Shown: positions 42,384 to 52,878 of the stretch, piece by piece | Numbering within the stretch: position 1 is the first letter of the stretch | Layout: every line of letters begins with the position of its first letter | NCBI GenBank assembly: GCA_963695345.1 | Contig: OY968769.1 | Location: forward strand, 864,001-928,000 | Reading direction: 5' to 3' | From: an uncultured Methanomassiliicoccales archaeon | GTDB lineage: Archaea; Thermoplasmatota; Thermoplasmata; Methanomassiliicoccales; UBA472 | DNA: 64,000 nt | The notes under the pieces: generated by a model | The model's input: only the letters and a program-made list of their open reading frames with translations | The model's database searches: none | Told to the model about the DNA's origin: nothing | Position numbers and translations under genes: made by a program

Positions 42384-43319
42384 ATGGATGGAACCGACCT
42401 GAGCCTGATCAGGATCTTGCTCTTCGAGCCCAGGCTGTCCTACCGGGAGCTCGCCGATCGCCTGAATATTTCGGTGCAGGCTGTCCATCGCCGCATCCAG
42501 ATCCTTATGGAAGAACGGATCATTCTCGGCTTCGGGACGAACATATCCCTGAGATATCTCAAAGCGGTGGAGGTGATGGTCCAAGGAACATCTCGTTTCA
42601 CCTCGAGGGAACATATGATCGCAGAACTCCATTCTGATGATCGGATATCCCAGATCCTGTTCGGAAGCGGGAACATGCTTTTTGTAACCGCGATCCTTCA
42701 TGATATCTCGGAATTGGAAACGTTCGTCTCTTTTGTCAGCAGGTCCGCAGCAATGCCCGAGCCGATTGTGGCGATCGTTTCGCATGGCTTGGCCGGAAAG
42801 GCCGGCGAAAGAACCGATCCGAGCACTGGACCGGAACTATCTCACCTGGACAAGAGGATCATCTCTTCCATGAGGAGGGAGGCGCGTAAGGCGGTGGCAG
42901 ACATTGCCTCCGAGCTGAACGTTACTGCGGCGACGGTGAAACGGCGGCTGGACGGGATGATCGAGGATGGCTCTGTGGAGTTCTCCCTTGGCTTGCATCC
43001 AGGCCTGTCGGGCAACATCATAACCATCATCAACGTCAAACTCAACGAGGGAGCGGACAAGATGGCGGTGGGAAACGATTTCGTCCAACGGTTTGCTCCA
43101 ACGGTAGGTTACTACCGCACGTTCAGCAATCTGCCCGACCTGATAGTCATGTTGGCCTGGACCAAGACACTCCATGACCTGGAACTGCTATTGATGGAGA
43201 TAGAGAAGTGCGACCGTATACGGTCCGCGGTCCCTGAGATCATCTATGCAGGACGATACTATGAGACATGGCGTGACCACCTCCTGGAAGGCGGGAAGCG
43301 TCCAGATAACATGACGTGA
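42384..43319 (+). CDS. tandem AsnC/Lrp-type HTH regulator (two HTH-RAM units)
   Basis: Two HTHs (SYRELADRLNISVQAVHRRI and ADIASELNVTAATVKRRL); the start could be as far upstream as 42318. Confidence 0.8.
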   Translation: MDGTDLSLIRILLFEPRLSYRELADRLNISVQAVHRRIQILMEERIILGFGTNISLRYLKAVEVMVQGTSRFTSREHMIAELHSDDRISQILFGSGNMLFVTAILHDISELETFVSFVSRSAAMPEPIVAIVSHGLAGKAGERTDPSTGPELSHLDKRIISSMRREARKAVADIASELNVTAATVKRRLDGMIEDGSVEFSLGLHPGLSGNIITIINVKLNEGADKMAVGNDFVQRFAPTVGYYRTFSNLPDLIVMLAWTKTLHDLELLLMEIEKCDRIRSAVPEIIYAGRYYETWRDHLLEGGKRPDNMT

Positions 43320-43444
43320 GAGATCTTCAACGTCATTGTTGAAAGAATGAAGCATTTGTTCCCCCTCCATGTGAGGAACATCATCGGTCCCGTGAACGTG
43401 GAAATATCTCCCCGTTCGGCATTCATCATTTTCAGTGGAAAAAC

Positions 43445-43882
43445 ATGCAGATCACAAAGATTTCAAGCGGCTCGATGAGAACGAAAAGGATCATGGGCCT
43501 GTTCCTGATGGTTCACGGAATGGTGCACCTGGGGGTCGCCTCGGCCCCAAACCCGGACGGGTCGTCGGGGCCATGGATGTTGGACCCGGCAACCTCGGTG
43601 TTTATTTCTTTCGGACTTGGTACCGATATCGTCACCGGGATCGGAATCGTATTGGTAGGGATCGCGGCGGCGGGTTTCGTCCTGTCCGGCCTCGGCATCC
43701 TGATACGGAGGCAGGATAGTAGCCAGTTGGTCGTGGCATCGGCGCTATCCTCCCTTGCCCTGCTTCTGGGATTCTTCAACATCTATTGGATGGCCGCCAT
43801 AGGAATCGACATAATGGTGATTGTCCTGTTCGCTTCGAAAACCACACAGTACAGGGCCACCAAGGCAGCGTTCGCGGAGTAG
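43445..43882 (+). CDS. membrane protein
   Basis: About four hydrophobic segments; HGMVH motif. Confidence 0.65.
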   Translation: MQITKISSGSMRTKRIMGLFLMVHGMVHLGVASAPNPDGSSGPWMLDPATSVFISFGLGTDIVTGIGIVLVGIAAAGFVLSGLGILIRRQDSSQLVVASALSSLALLLGFFNIYWMAAIGIDIMVIVLFASKTTQYRATKAAFAE

Positions 43883-43883
43883 G

Positions 43884-44653
43884 ATGAACATGAAAGTGCT
43901 GACGATAATGGGAAGCCCGAAGGGCAAAGGAAACGGGTACGAGGTAGCACAGGCGATTGAAAGAAGGATGAACACCCATGGCAAGGTCGAGTTCGACTAT
44001 CTGATGCTGAAAGAGGAGAACCTTGGGTTGTGCCGCGGATGCTTCCTATGCGTTTCCAAGGGTGAGGACAAGTGTCCTATGAAGGAGGACAGGATATCGA
44101 TCGAAAGACGCATGGAAAAGGCAGACGGCATCATCCTGGTCTCTCCCGGTTACGTGCAGGACGTTTCGTGGTTAATGAAGAACTTCATGGACCGGTTCGC
44201 CTATACCCACCATCGACCGAAGTTCTTCGAGAAGAAGGTCATGCTGGTGGCCAACGGGGGGCGGGCCTCAAACGGACCATCAAGACCTTGCGGATGGCGA
44301 TCGGAGGACCGGAAATCGTATCTGAGCTGCAGGCAATGAAGCTTCCCTGGCCGATGAACGATCGGGCGATAAACAAGAACCGGGAAAGAACGGAGAGGGC
44401 TGCTGATCGGTTCTATGCTGAACTGCAACGGAAAGTTCCCCGGGTCTCTTTCGGTTCCTATATGGGCTTTCGGTTCTTCAAATCGGTCGTGGAATCCACG
44501 CGCGAACATCTGCCAGCAGATTACGAGTACTATAAGGACAAGAATGATTACTATTATCCAGTTAAGATAGGGATGGGCAAGAGGATCGGCTCTGTGCTGC
44601 TCATTGGCATTCTGAAACGGACCATGAAGGATATGGCCCCAAGAGAGGAATGA
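43884..44653 (+). CDS. flavodoxin-like/iron-sulfur flavoprotein (NADPH-FMN reductase family), frameshift at G6 44256-44261
   Basis: GSPK, CRGCFLC..KC and SPGY..KNFMDR; the C-terminus continues in the frame of ORF 44072..44653 if one G is added. Confidence 0.8.
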
Positions 44654-44659
44654 TCGGCC

Positions 44660-45007
44660 ATGAGCTGGGAAGAGGCGGACCTGGAATCGATCATGGCCAG
44701 GGCCAGGGAGTCAGAGGGCGGCGAGATCTATCTGAACATCCTGACCGGCGAACGATGCCGCTTAGGGGTCTGCGTGATCGATTCGGACGACGGAACAAAG
44801 CTCGTCCTTGAACTGTTGATCTGTGTGCTTAGCGAAGAAAAGGTCGACCTGGACCGGTGCTATCATAGTCTGGATATCGCTCGGGTGGCGCAGGAAATCG
44901 GATATGAGCTAACTAGCCAAGGAGATGGCTGGATCTATTGCCATAAGAGTGTTCGTCCAACGGAGATTGAGAGGGACACTGTTCCAGTGGCCAGAATGAT
45001 CGTATGA
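44660..45007 (+). CDS. hypothetical protein
   Basis: 115 aa ORF co-oriented, starting a few nt after the upstream stop. Confidence 0.55.
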   Translation: MSWEEADLESIMARARESEGGEIYLNILTGERCRLGVCVIDSDDGTKLVLELLICVLSEEKVDLDRCYHSLDIARVAQEIGYELTSQGDGWIYCHKSVRPTEIERDTVPVARMIV

Positions 45008-45149
45008 TATGTCCAGGATCTCATTCGTTAAAAAATGAATCCGAAAACGTGTCCCACCGAACGCAAGATCCATCCCATTCCAGGAACTCATCAGCTCTTG
45101 GTCGGGAGGATTCTATCGATATGCGGATTCCAGGTCAGGACGGTTATTG

Positions 45150-46562
45150 CTAGATAGGAGCTCCGAAATGACCGGCCAGTTCCACATGGTTGCCGGGTTC
45201 CATGTGGATCGAGATCACATCCACCTCGGGATGCTTGGCCCTTATGACCCCTTCAAGTTTTTCGGCCACGTCGTGTGCCTGCTTCACCGTATGGCCACTT
45301 CCGAAGGAACAGCACATGCCCACTCTGATCTTACCTTCCTTCCTCTGCACCGATATCCGAGTCACATCCTCGATCTCGGGGAAGGTGCTTACCAACTGCT
45401 TGATCGAAAACGCCATTCCGTCCTCTCCCATCCGAACGCTCTTCAGGCCGCATGAATGACAGTCCGCCGGTTCGATGTGGGTGGTGACCAGGGTGATGCG
45501 CTGATCGAGGGTCTTGATGCGGTTCTCCAGGCGAGTGGCAATGGCATGGGCCTTGTCCAAGGAAAGATCCCCATCCAGTTCCAGGTGGAAATCGACCTCC
45601 AACTCCTCTCCGAAGTCGTTATCGAACTCGGACACGTTGATGTTATGGACCGTCCGTATCTCCTCAAAATCCGCCGCCTCGGCCCGGATCTTATCGACCA
45701 GATCGGTGGGCTCAACGCAGAATGGTTCGGCGTTCACCATTATGACGGCCTTGTCCACCTTCTTCCTTATCCTGTTGGTGAACTCGTCCGTGACACGATG
45801 GGCCTGTTCCAACGGGATCACCTTATCGATCAGGACGGTGCAGTCGATGTAGGTGGTCGGACCGGTCTCCCTGACGCGTACCTGGTTCACCCCTCTGATC
45901 CCCTTGATGCCCATCGCCTCGTTCGCGACAAGCTCGGATATTCCTTCTGGCGCGCCGTCCATGAGCGTATGGATCGAACGTTTCCAGAGGCGGTAACCGA
46001 TCACCGCGGTGATGGCCGCGACCCCCAGGGCCGCGATAACATCGAAAGTCCTGTAACCCATCATTGTGAACACTATTCCAATGATCACCACAACGGATGA
46101 CAGAAGGTCGGTGGAGAAATGAATAGCGTCGGCCTCGAGTGCCTGGGACTTGTAGAGTTTGGCCATCTTGTGAAGGGCCCTCGAACGGGTGAAGTCGACC
46201 ACTATGGAGAACAGCATCACCCCGATCGCCAGGTATGTCACGTCCACATCGACCGGCGAGATCAGGCGGCGGACCGCTTCATATACGATCCATCCACAGG
46301 TCACGAACAGCAGTGCCGTCTCAAACAGGCTGGACAAGGACTCCACTTTCTCGTGACCGTAATTATGGTCCGCATCCGCTGGCCTCTCGGCCATGCGCAC
46401 CGCCGCCAATGTAACGAAGGCGGCTATGAGGTCTATGCTGGAGTGCAACGCTTCGGATAGTATCCCGAGGCTGTTGGTCCAGATCGCAACTGTGATCTTG
46501 GTGACCACCAGTCCAATAGCGGCGATGACGGAAGCGAAAGCAACCTTCTCTTTCGGTGTCAA
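45150..46562 (-). CDS. cation diffusion facilitator (FieF-like) with repeated C-terminal domains
   Basis: EALHS..D, HNYGH.KVE, ADAIHF.TD and six TM segments; three ...AH...(H/N).EP cytosolic repeats. Confidence 0.9.
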   Translation of the reverse strand: MTPKEKVAFASVIAAIGLVVTKITVAIWTNSLGILSEALHSSIDLIAAFVTLAAVRMAERPADADHNYGHEKVESLSSLFETALLFVTCGWIVYEAVRRLISPVDVDVTYLAIGVMLFSIVVDFTRSRALHKMAKLYKSQALEADAIHFSTDLLSSVVVIIGIVFTMMGYRTFDVIAALGVAAITAVIGYRLWKRSIHTLMDGAPEGISELVANEAMGIKGIRGVNQVRVRETGPTTYIDCTVLIDKVIPLEQAHRVTDEFTNRIRKKVDKAVIMVNAEPFCVEPTDLVDKIRAEAADFEEIRTVHNINVSEFDNDFGEELEVDFHLELDGDLSLDKAHAIATRLENRIKTLDQRITLVTTHIEPADCHSCGLKSVRMGEDGMAFSIKQLVSTFPEIEDVTRISVQRKEGKIRVGMCCSFGSGHTVKQAHDVAEKLEGVIRAKHPEVDVISIHMEPGNHVELAGHFGAPI

Positions 46563-47084
46563 ACCCTCACCCGCTATACATAAGAACCTGAATCTTTGGT
46601 GGGAACATAAACCTTTTCTATTGAGAAGAAAAAAAATATTTAGGCTGGCCTAACGAAAATCGATCAATAATGAGGTTCATTTCATTGCCGGTCTAATTGA
46701 GAAGAGACTGAACGGACCGATGACCGATAAAATTGAGGACCCTATTCGACCTTCGATACACTGGTCATTTTCGGGGAGAAATCGATCATTCCGTTGCACG
46801 CATAACCGTCATCGATCGCTCGTTCCGGATTCATCGACCCTTCAGAAGCGAATCCAAAACTCCCAGAGACCGTGCCTAACGCGAACCGGATAAATGTCGG
46901 TCCTGGCCGCCCTCATATATAATGTGAGCGTTCTGTACGAAGGTCACAGCTTTATTGCCCCCACGATTGTTGGTCAGAATGCTGGCATTACGAGGGTATG
47001 GGGGATTCTCAACAAAAGATTGAATATTCTCACCCTCCTGTTATCAATTGAATAGCGACCTAGGGAGACCGAGAAGGAGATCCA

Positions 47085-49433
47085 ATGAAACCGCTCTACA
47101 AGGCCATCATCGTCATGGTTGCAGCGATAGTGTTGGTGGCGGCACTCGGTAGCGCATTCAACCAGATCGCCACCTCCCCCATTCTGACCAGGGATCTCAA
47201 TTCTCAGGATGAAAACCAGGACATCCCCATACCGGCCATTCCGGACATCAACCTCACCGACCCCCGCCGTAGCAACGACCTTCCTGACATGAACAGCACG
47301 GTCCTCCCGCCTGAGCTCAACTATACCATCCCTGACATGCCTGGGAACATTTCGGGGGATGGCACTACCATCGGAGGCACTGTCTTCAACGACGCGGACG
47401 GGGACGGACTGGTGGACCCGGGAGAGGCGCTGCCGAACGTAGGGGTGCAGCTCTTCGACCAGAATGGCACCCTGATCGGGACGACACAGACCAACGCCAC
47501 CGGTGAGTACAGTTTTACCGGTGTGGACCCGGGCAGATACAATATCAGCGCTTTCCCTGGAATGAACGGGAACATCACCGGGAGTGAGAACCGGACAATA
47601 ACCGTGGATGGCACGCCCCAGGACGGGATTGACATTGGGACCGCCCCCGGGCCGGCCGGGAACCCGGCCATCAACACCATAACCGATATCACCTCGCCGA
47701 GAGACCAGTTCCTGATAAGAAAGGGAGTCATGTTCCCGGTTTCCGGAACTGTGACCACCGGTTCCCTGCAGCCCATCTCCGGAGTCCGGGTGGCGGTGTT
47801 CGTAGCCACCAGCAAGACCACCATGGATAGGCATTTCATCGGCATCGGTCAGGTTGATCGCGGATTCTTCACCGTCAATTGCCTGATCCCCGACGATCTT
47901 CAGTTGGGTAACTACCAACTGATAGCCCGCTTCCTGGGGGACGGTACATACAGACCGTCGGAGAGCGACCCTGCGGTCAAGATAATGGACGACACCAAAC
48001 TGACCATCGAGGCGCCGGACCGGGTCGTCATGGGGGTCAGCTACGATTATCGTTTCACACTGGTGGAGAATGCATCTTCTAAGGCGGTCCAGTACGCCCC
48101 GCTGTATATCGGTGAGCTCTCTCAGTACCTCCAAACGGACTCTCAGGGAGTGGCCCATTTCAACATACGGTGGACCACACCGGGGTTTTACAGCTTCAAG
48201 GTGACCTATGGCGGGAACGCCACTCTCTATGGTACCTCAGCCAACAAATCCACGACGGTGCTTGAGGTCTCAGTGGATGTGGCACCGTCCTACCTGGTCA
48301 GGGGATATGACAACCGGCTTTTCGTCCTGGTCCACGCCTCCGAGCTGCCAGTCACGCTACGGACGGTGCAGGTCTATCTGGAGACATATGAGGTTGGAAC
48401 CTTTCTGACGGACGGTGAAGGACGGGTCAACGTCACCGTTCCGGTGGCATATGATCGAGCTCTCGGCCCGGCCAGGATGGCGTTCGACATCGCCAACATA
48501 AAACGATGCGAGGTCAGCCTCGACATCAGGTCCACCACGACGATGGTGGTGAAGCTGGAAGGGAACCAGGTCAACGCCACCCTCCTCGATGATCACGACC
48601 AGGTGATGCTATCGATGCCGATACTGCTGCAGAGAACGGACCGGACCAACGTCGATGTGGGCGTTAGCATGGTTGGCTCGGAGTTCTCGCTGGAGAACCG
48701 CAAGGAGACCGACTATGTCGTCAACTTCACTGGCAGCTCGATCTATCAGCCTTCGTCCGCTACCGTGCATTACTCGCCTCCGGGATTCGGATCGGCCATG
48801 GACTGGTTGATAATTGGGGCCATAGGAACGGTCGCGGTCATAGCCCTGGCGGCTTTGGCGATGTCGCGAGGCAAAAGAACGGTACCGACAGACCTGGGTT
48901 TACTGCCCTCGACCCCGGCGCCCGTCACCGGGCAGACGACCTCCCCCTACGGTCTGAGCTTCCCCGATATCGCCGACGATCTACCGCTGGTGTGGGAGGA
49001 GAACAGGTCAATGCTCTTCCGGGTCTCAGGGCAGGGATCGATGCACCTGGACATCGATGGGAACGGTTCCGATGTGGATCTGCCGACTGGATCGGGGGAT
49101 TTCACCGTGACACTGCCCAAGGGAGACCACATCCTTTCTGTCTCCGGCCACCTGGGAAAGACTACCGTGCCCTTCCGGGTGGTCAATTACCGTGAGGAAA
49201 CGGTAAGTATCTACCGGACCTCTTATGCCCGTTGGAGGAGCAGGGACGAGGGCATCTCCGATTCGATGACCTGCAGAGAGATCCAGACGGTCCTGGAAGG
49301 CCGGATGGACCGCTCCCAGCATGGGCAACTTGACGTGGCGATATCCCTTTTCGAGATCGCCGAGTTCAGCGAAAGGCCGGTCGGCCGGCCGGAATATGAG
49401 AGCATGTACCGGGCTTCCAGACAGGTGAGTTGA
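47085..49433 (+). CDS. large membrane-anchored surface protein (SdrD-B/Ig-like domains, DUF4129-like tail)
   Basis: N-terminal hydrophobic anchor; GTVFNDADGDG..DPGE...GV.L..TNATGEYSF CnaB/SdrD-B pattern; TM near aa 575-595; C-terminal FE.AEFS motif. Confidence 0.75.
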   Translation: MKPLYKAIIVMVAAIVLVAALGSAFNQIATSPILTRDLNSQDENQDIPIPAIPDINLTDPRRSNDLPDMNSTVLPPELNYTIPDMPGNISGDGTTIGGTVFNDADGDGLVDPGEALPNVGVQLFDQNGTLIGTTQTNATGEYSFTGVDPGRYNISAFPGMNGNITGSENRTITVDGTPQDGIDIGTAPGPAGNPAINTITDITSPRDQFLIRKGVMFPVSGTVTTGSLQPISGVRVAVFVATSKTTMDRHFIGIGQVDRGFFTVNCLIPDDLQLGNYQLIARFLGDGTYRPSESDPAVKIMDDTKLTIEAPDRVVMGVSYDYRFTLVENASSKAVQYAPLYIGELSQYLQTDSQGVAHFNIRWTTPGFYSFKVTYGGNATLYGTSANKSTTVLEVSVDVAPSYLVRGYDNRLFVLVHASELPVTLRTVQVYLETYEVGTFLTDGEGRVNVTVPVAYDRALGPARMAFDIANIKRCEVSLDIRSTTTMVVKLEGNQVNATLLDDHDQVMLSMPILLQRTDRTNVDVGVSMVGSEFSLENRKETDYVVNFTGSSIYQPSSATVHYSPPGFGSAMDWLIIGAIGTVAVIALAALAMSRGKRTVPTDLGLLPSTPAPVTGQTTSPYGLSFPDIADDLPLVWEENRSMLFRVSGQGSMHLDIDGNGSDVDLPTGSGDFTVTLPKGDHILSVSGHLGKTTVPFRVVNYREETVSIYRTSYARWRSRDEGISDSMTCREIQTVLEGRMDRSQHGQLDVAISLFEIAEFSERPVGRPEYESMYRASRQVS

Positions 49434-49437
49434 GCCA

Positions 49438-50607
49438 ATGGAATTCTGGAGCAGGGTGCCCGGAAACGGGGATGACAGGACAACGGTTCGAAGGAAGGTC
49501 ATTTCGACAACGGTCATCACCGTGGCGATGGTGATCATGGCCACCGGAGCGTTCTTGGCATTGAGCCCTCCGGGCAGCAGGACCGACCTGTGGTTCCTTT
49601 TTCCGGCGGTATGCGCCATGTCGGCGTGCTACCTTGTCCTGGGGCTGGTCGGAGCCCTGGTAAGGGGAACGATGGCCAGCCTGTTGCGTACCGGCATCCA
49701 ATTCCTGAGCTTGGCATTGTTGATTGGATTGCTGTCGATCTTCCTCCCCAACGGACCGAAGGGCATGCTGGGATTCGGATTGCTCTTGATACTCACAGGT
49801 TTTGCGACGATGGCTGCGTACATCGCCAAGGGATTCTCCGATCACTATTGGCTGGCCGGCAGAGCGGCGGCGCTCATGCTGCTGGGCATTACGCTCGAAT
49901 CAGGGTTGGGGATGACGGGGGCAGCGGACCTGCTGTCCGGGATTCCCCTGATGGTGATGCTCGCGGTAGGTTTGCTTTCCCTATTCGGCATCGTGCACCA
50001 GCACAGTAACATATATGTGCGTTCGGTCGGACAGTTTTTCCGCAGCGCGTCGAACATGATCGCCCTGACGGTGGTCTTGACGCTGGTCCTCGTATACGCG
50101 TTCAGGCTCAGGGGCGCCATCGCCGACCAGGCCCCGGAACAGACCCTACTGGGGGAATGGATCGTTTTGGCCATAGTGGTGATCGTGGTAGTGTTCAAGT
50201 TCTTCTCGTTCTTCCGCTCCAAGGAGAAGAAGCAGGACTTCCTCGACACCCGCCGTTTGGTGCAATCGATCTACCAGAACCGGGGAGACACCATATATGC
50301 CCAGAGAGTGGTGGACCAGTTCATTGTGGAAGGGAGGAGGGAACCGCTCGTGGTCCTGCTGGCGACCGTGCTGCTGCAGGGCCGGGCTGACCCCAACCAG
50401 ATCGAGAGGATCATAGAGGGCGTGGTGAGCTACGCACCCAAGGAGCAGAGGCATACCTTCAGGTGGGCTTTTGGCAATGAAGAGGCCATGACCAGGGAGG
50501 AGAGGACCAGGATCGCCTTCGAGGCACTGGACCGGGCGGCACAAGCGCTGGGGGCTGGCTATCTCATGTCCAGTGCCCCCAACCAGACGGGGATCGCGGA
50601 GGGATAG
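49438..50607 (+). CDS. polytopic membrane protein
   Basis: About eight hydrophobic segments and a soluble C-terminus. Confidence 0.7.
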   Translation: MEFWSRVPGNGDDRTTVRRKVISTTVITVAMVIMATGAFLALSPPGSRTDLWFLFPAVCAMSACYLVLGLVGALVRGTMASLLRTGIQFLSLALLIGLLSIFLPNGPKGMLGFGLLLILTGFATMAAYIAKGFSDHYWLAGRAAALMLLGITLESGLGMTGAADLLSGIPLMVMLAVGLLSLFGIVHQHSNIYVRSVGQFFRSASNMIALTVVLTLVLVYAFRLRGAIADQAPEQTLLGEWIVLAIVVIVVVFKFFSFFRSKEKKQDFLDTRRLVQSIYQNRGDTIYAQRVVDQFIVEGRREPLVVLLATVLLQGRADPNQIERIIEGVVSYAPKEQRHTFRWAFGNEEAMTREERTRIAFEALDRAAQALGAGYLMSSAPNQTGIAEG

Positions 50608-50608
50608 A

Positions 50609-51583
50609 ATGGATATTACGGAATTCAGACAGTGTTCCAGGAACATAATCGATTCGACCGGCGGGGTCTTCGTGGGCGATGAGCTTGTGCTCAGGAAGCT
50701 CCTATGCGCGGCATTGGCCAACGGACACGTCCTGTTCGAGGACAAGCCCGGCCTGGGAAAGACCCTGCTGGCCAAGGTCTTCGCCAAGGTCACCGGGTGT
50801 AATTGGGGACGGGTCCAGTTCACCCCGGACCTGATGCCCATGGATATCCTGGGCACTAGGATATGGAGGGCGAGGACCTCGGAGTTCGTACTTGAGAAGG
50901 GACCGGTGTTCACCAATATCCTGCTGGCGGATGAGATCAATCGTTCCCCGCCGAAGACCCAGTCAGCCCTTCTGGAGGCCATGGAGGAAAGGCAGGTGAC
51001 CATCGAGGGAACCACCCACCGGCTCACCAAACCATTCTTCGTCATCGCCACCCAGAACCCCATCGAACAGGAGGGGACCTTCCCGCTGCCGGAGGCGCAG
51101 ATGGACCGGTTCCTGCTCAAGATGGCCACCGGCTATGTGAGGACGACCCAGCTGGAGAGCGAGATCCTAAGGCGCAGGATCCGCTGGCAGGCAGATGACC
51201 CGGTGGACCGCCTGGTATCCGCCATGGACCAGGCCACTTTCGTGGACATGCAGGATCTGGTCGAGAAAGGCGTCTACGCCGATGACCAGATCCTGGACTA
51301 CGTGAGCACCATGGTCCGGGCCACCAGGGAACATGAGGCGGTGGAGGTGGGGGCATCCCCCCGGGGCTCGCTTTCTCTGTTGAAGGTCTCCCGGGCCCAT
51401 GCGGCGATGATGGGACGGGACTTCGTCACCCCTGACGATGTCAAGCTCTTTGTCCGCGATGCGTTGTGCCACCGTATCATCATGAAGATGGAATACGAGA
51501 TCGATAACCGGGTCACGCCTCAGTCGGTGGTCGATGCGATAGTGGCGCAGACCCCGGTCCCGAAGGACTTTGGCCGGAAGTGA
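50609..51583 (+). CDS. moxR: MoxR family AAA+ ATPase
   Basis: PGLGKT, RVQFTPDLMP.D, LADEINR..PKTQSALLEAMEE, ATQNPIEQEGT and GASPR. Confidence 0.95.
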   Translation: MDITEFRQCSRNIIDSTGGVFVGDELVLRKLLCAALANGHVLFEDKPGLGKTLLAKVFAKVTGCNWGRVQFTPDLMPMDILGTRIWRARTSEFVLEKGPVFTNILLADEINRSPPKTQSALLEAMEERQVTIEGTTHRLTKPFFVIATQNPIEQEGTFPLPEAQMDRFLLKMATGYVRTTQLESEILRRRIRWQADDPVDRLVSAMDQATFVDMQDLVEKGVYADDQILDYVSTMVRATREHEAVEVGASPRGSLSLLKVSRAHAAMMGRDFVTPDDVKLFVRDALCHRIIMKMEYEIDNRVTPQSVVDAIVAQTPVPKDFGRK

Positions 51584-51587
51584 ATCG

Positions 51588-52877
51588 ATGCTTCCCCGGA
51601 TCTCGGCCGAGTTCAAGACCTTCGCCTTGCTTCTGGTGGTAGGGATACTTCTAGGCAACGTGCTGATCGTGCTGCTATCGCTCGTGCCGATGTTGTTCGT
51701 GGTCCTGTCCATGCTCTATCAGGCCCCGACCCGGATGAGCGTTTACCGCCCTGCTCCCCAACTGAACGCATACGTCAATGAGAACGTGACGGTCACCTCT
51801 GAGCTTTCCGTCATGGACGGCGTCGGGATAGTGACGGTGGGAGACTCGCTGCCTGCCCATTTCCGCCTCGCCGAGGGCAACAATTTCCGGGTGTATTGGA
51901 AATCCGGGGCGCCTCTGCAGGTCCGGATGCAGTATGGACTGGAATGCACGAAGCGGGGGGTGTACACCATCGGCAACTCGATGATCGAATCGATCGACCT
52001 CGCCGGACTGGAGGAGAACGAGGTCGTCCCCGGCCTTGACCCAGTGGAACTGCTGGTGCAGCAGCGCCCGATGGACATGCGCAAGATGAGGGACCCGAGG
52101 CTCCTTACCCGGATACTAATGCCCCCGGGGGCGGTCAGCAAGCTCGGGTCCACGACCACCGATTTCAAGGAGATCAGGGAATACCGCAATGGCGATCCGT
52201 TCCGCCACATCAATTGGAAGGCGAGCGTGAGGAATTCCGACCTGGATATCAGCAATCCCCTGGTAAACGAATATGAAAAGGAGGGACAGCAGGTGGTGTG
52301 GATCTTCCTCGATGCCTCGGAACGGATGGCCGTCGGTTCCAGCGTGGAGAATGCGTTCGAGCACGGAATCAGGGCGGCCAACGGCCTGTCCCAATTCTAT
52401 CTGGCCAGGAACTGCCGGGTGGGGCTGAAGGCGTTCAATTCCGGCCGTCTCATCCTGCCGGACGTGGGAAGAAGGCAAAGGGCCATGATATCAAAGATGC
52501 TGGTCAGCGTGGAGATGACCAGGTTGAAGGGAAAGATGAAGGAGGACGTGCGGGCCTGCCGGGGACACCTGGTCGGGTCCAGCCCCCTGTTCATCGTGAT
52601 CACCATGGTCAGGAATGAGAACCTGGATGAGCTGAGGGCGGGCATCCGCGAGATGCGTCTGTACTCCGGACCCCGGTCCAAGGTCCTGGTGCTGCATGTC
52701 GATGGCAACGGATTAATACCGACCAATCTGGGGGAAGAGGCCGCCGCCATGGCGACCGATCTGCTGTCGCTTTCCGCGGTCCGATCACTGGCCGGACCTG
52801 GGACCACCGTTGTTCCCTGGAATCCGCGGAGACAGAGCCTGAACGAGCTCATGCTCAAGAACCTGAGGAGGAGATGA
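51588..52877 (+). CDS. DUF58 family protein
   Basis: N-terminal TMs, KRGVY, F.EIREY..GDP.R.INWKAS, VNEYE and FLDAS. Confidence 0.9.
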   Translation: MLPRISAEFKTFALLLVVGILLGNVLIVLLSLVPMLFVVLSMLYQAPTRMSVYRPAPQLNAYVNENVTVTSELSVMDGVGIVTVGDSLPAHFRLAEGNNFRVYWKSGAPLQVRMQYGLECTKRGVYTIGNSMIESIDLAGLEENEVVPGLDPVELLVQQRPMDMRKMRDPRLLTRILMPPGAVSKLGSTTTDFKEIREYRNGDPFRHINWKASVRNSDLDISNPLVNEYEKEGQQVVWIFLDASERMAVGSSVENAFEHGIRAANGLSQFYLARNCRVGLKAFNSGRLILPDVGRRQRAMISKMLVSVEMTRLKGKMKEDVRACRGHLVGSSPLFIVITMVRNENLDELRAGIREMRLYSGPRSKVLVLHVDGNGLIPTNLGEEAAAMATDLLSLSAVRSLAGPGTTVVPWNPRRQSLNELMLKNLRRR

Positions 52878-52878
52878 G

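Noticed and set aside
46563-47084. Long intergenic region as a tRNA, ncRNA or CRISPR array
   Set aside because: No cloverleaf or T-loop consensus and no regularly spaced repeats; consistent with divergent promoters.
46974-48158. Long antisense ORFs (this one, 24791..25948, 50146..51129 and many others)
   Set aside because: They are shadows of well-supported genes on the opposite strand, expected in GC-rich coding DNA, and carry no motifs of their own.
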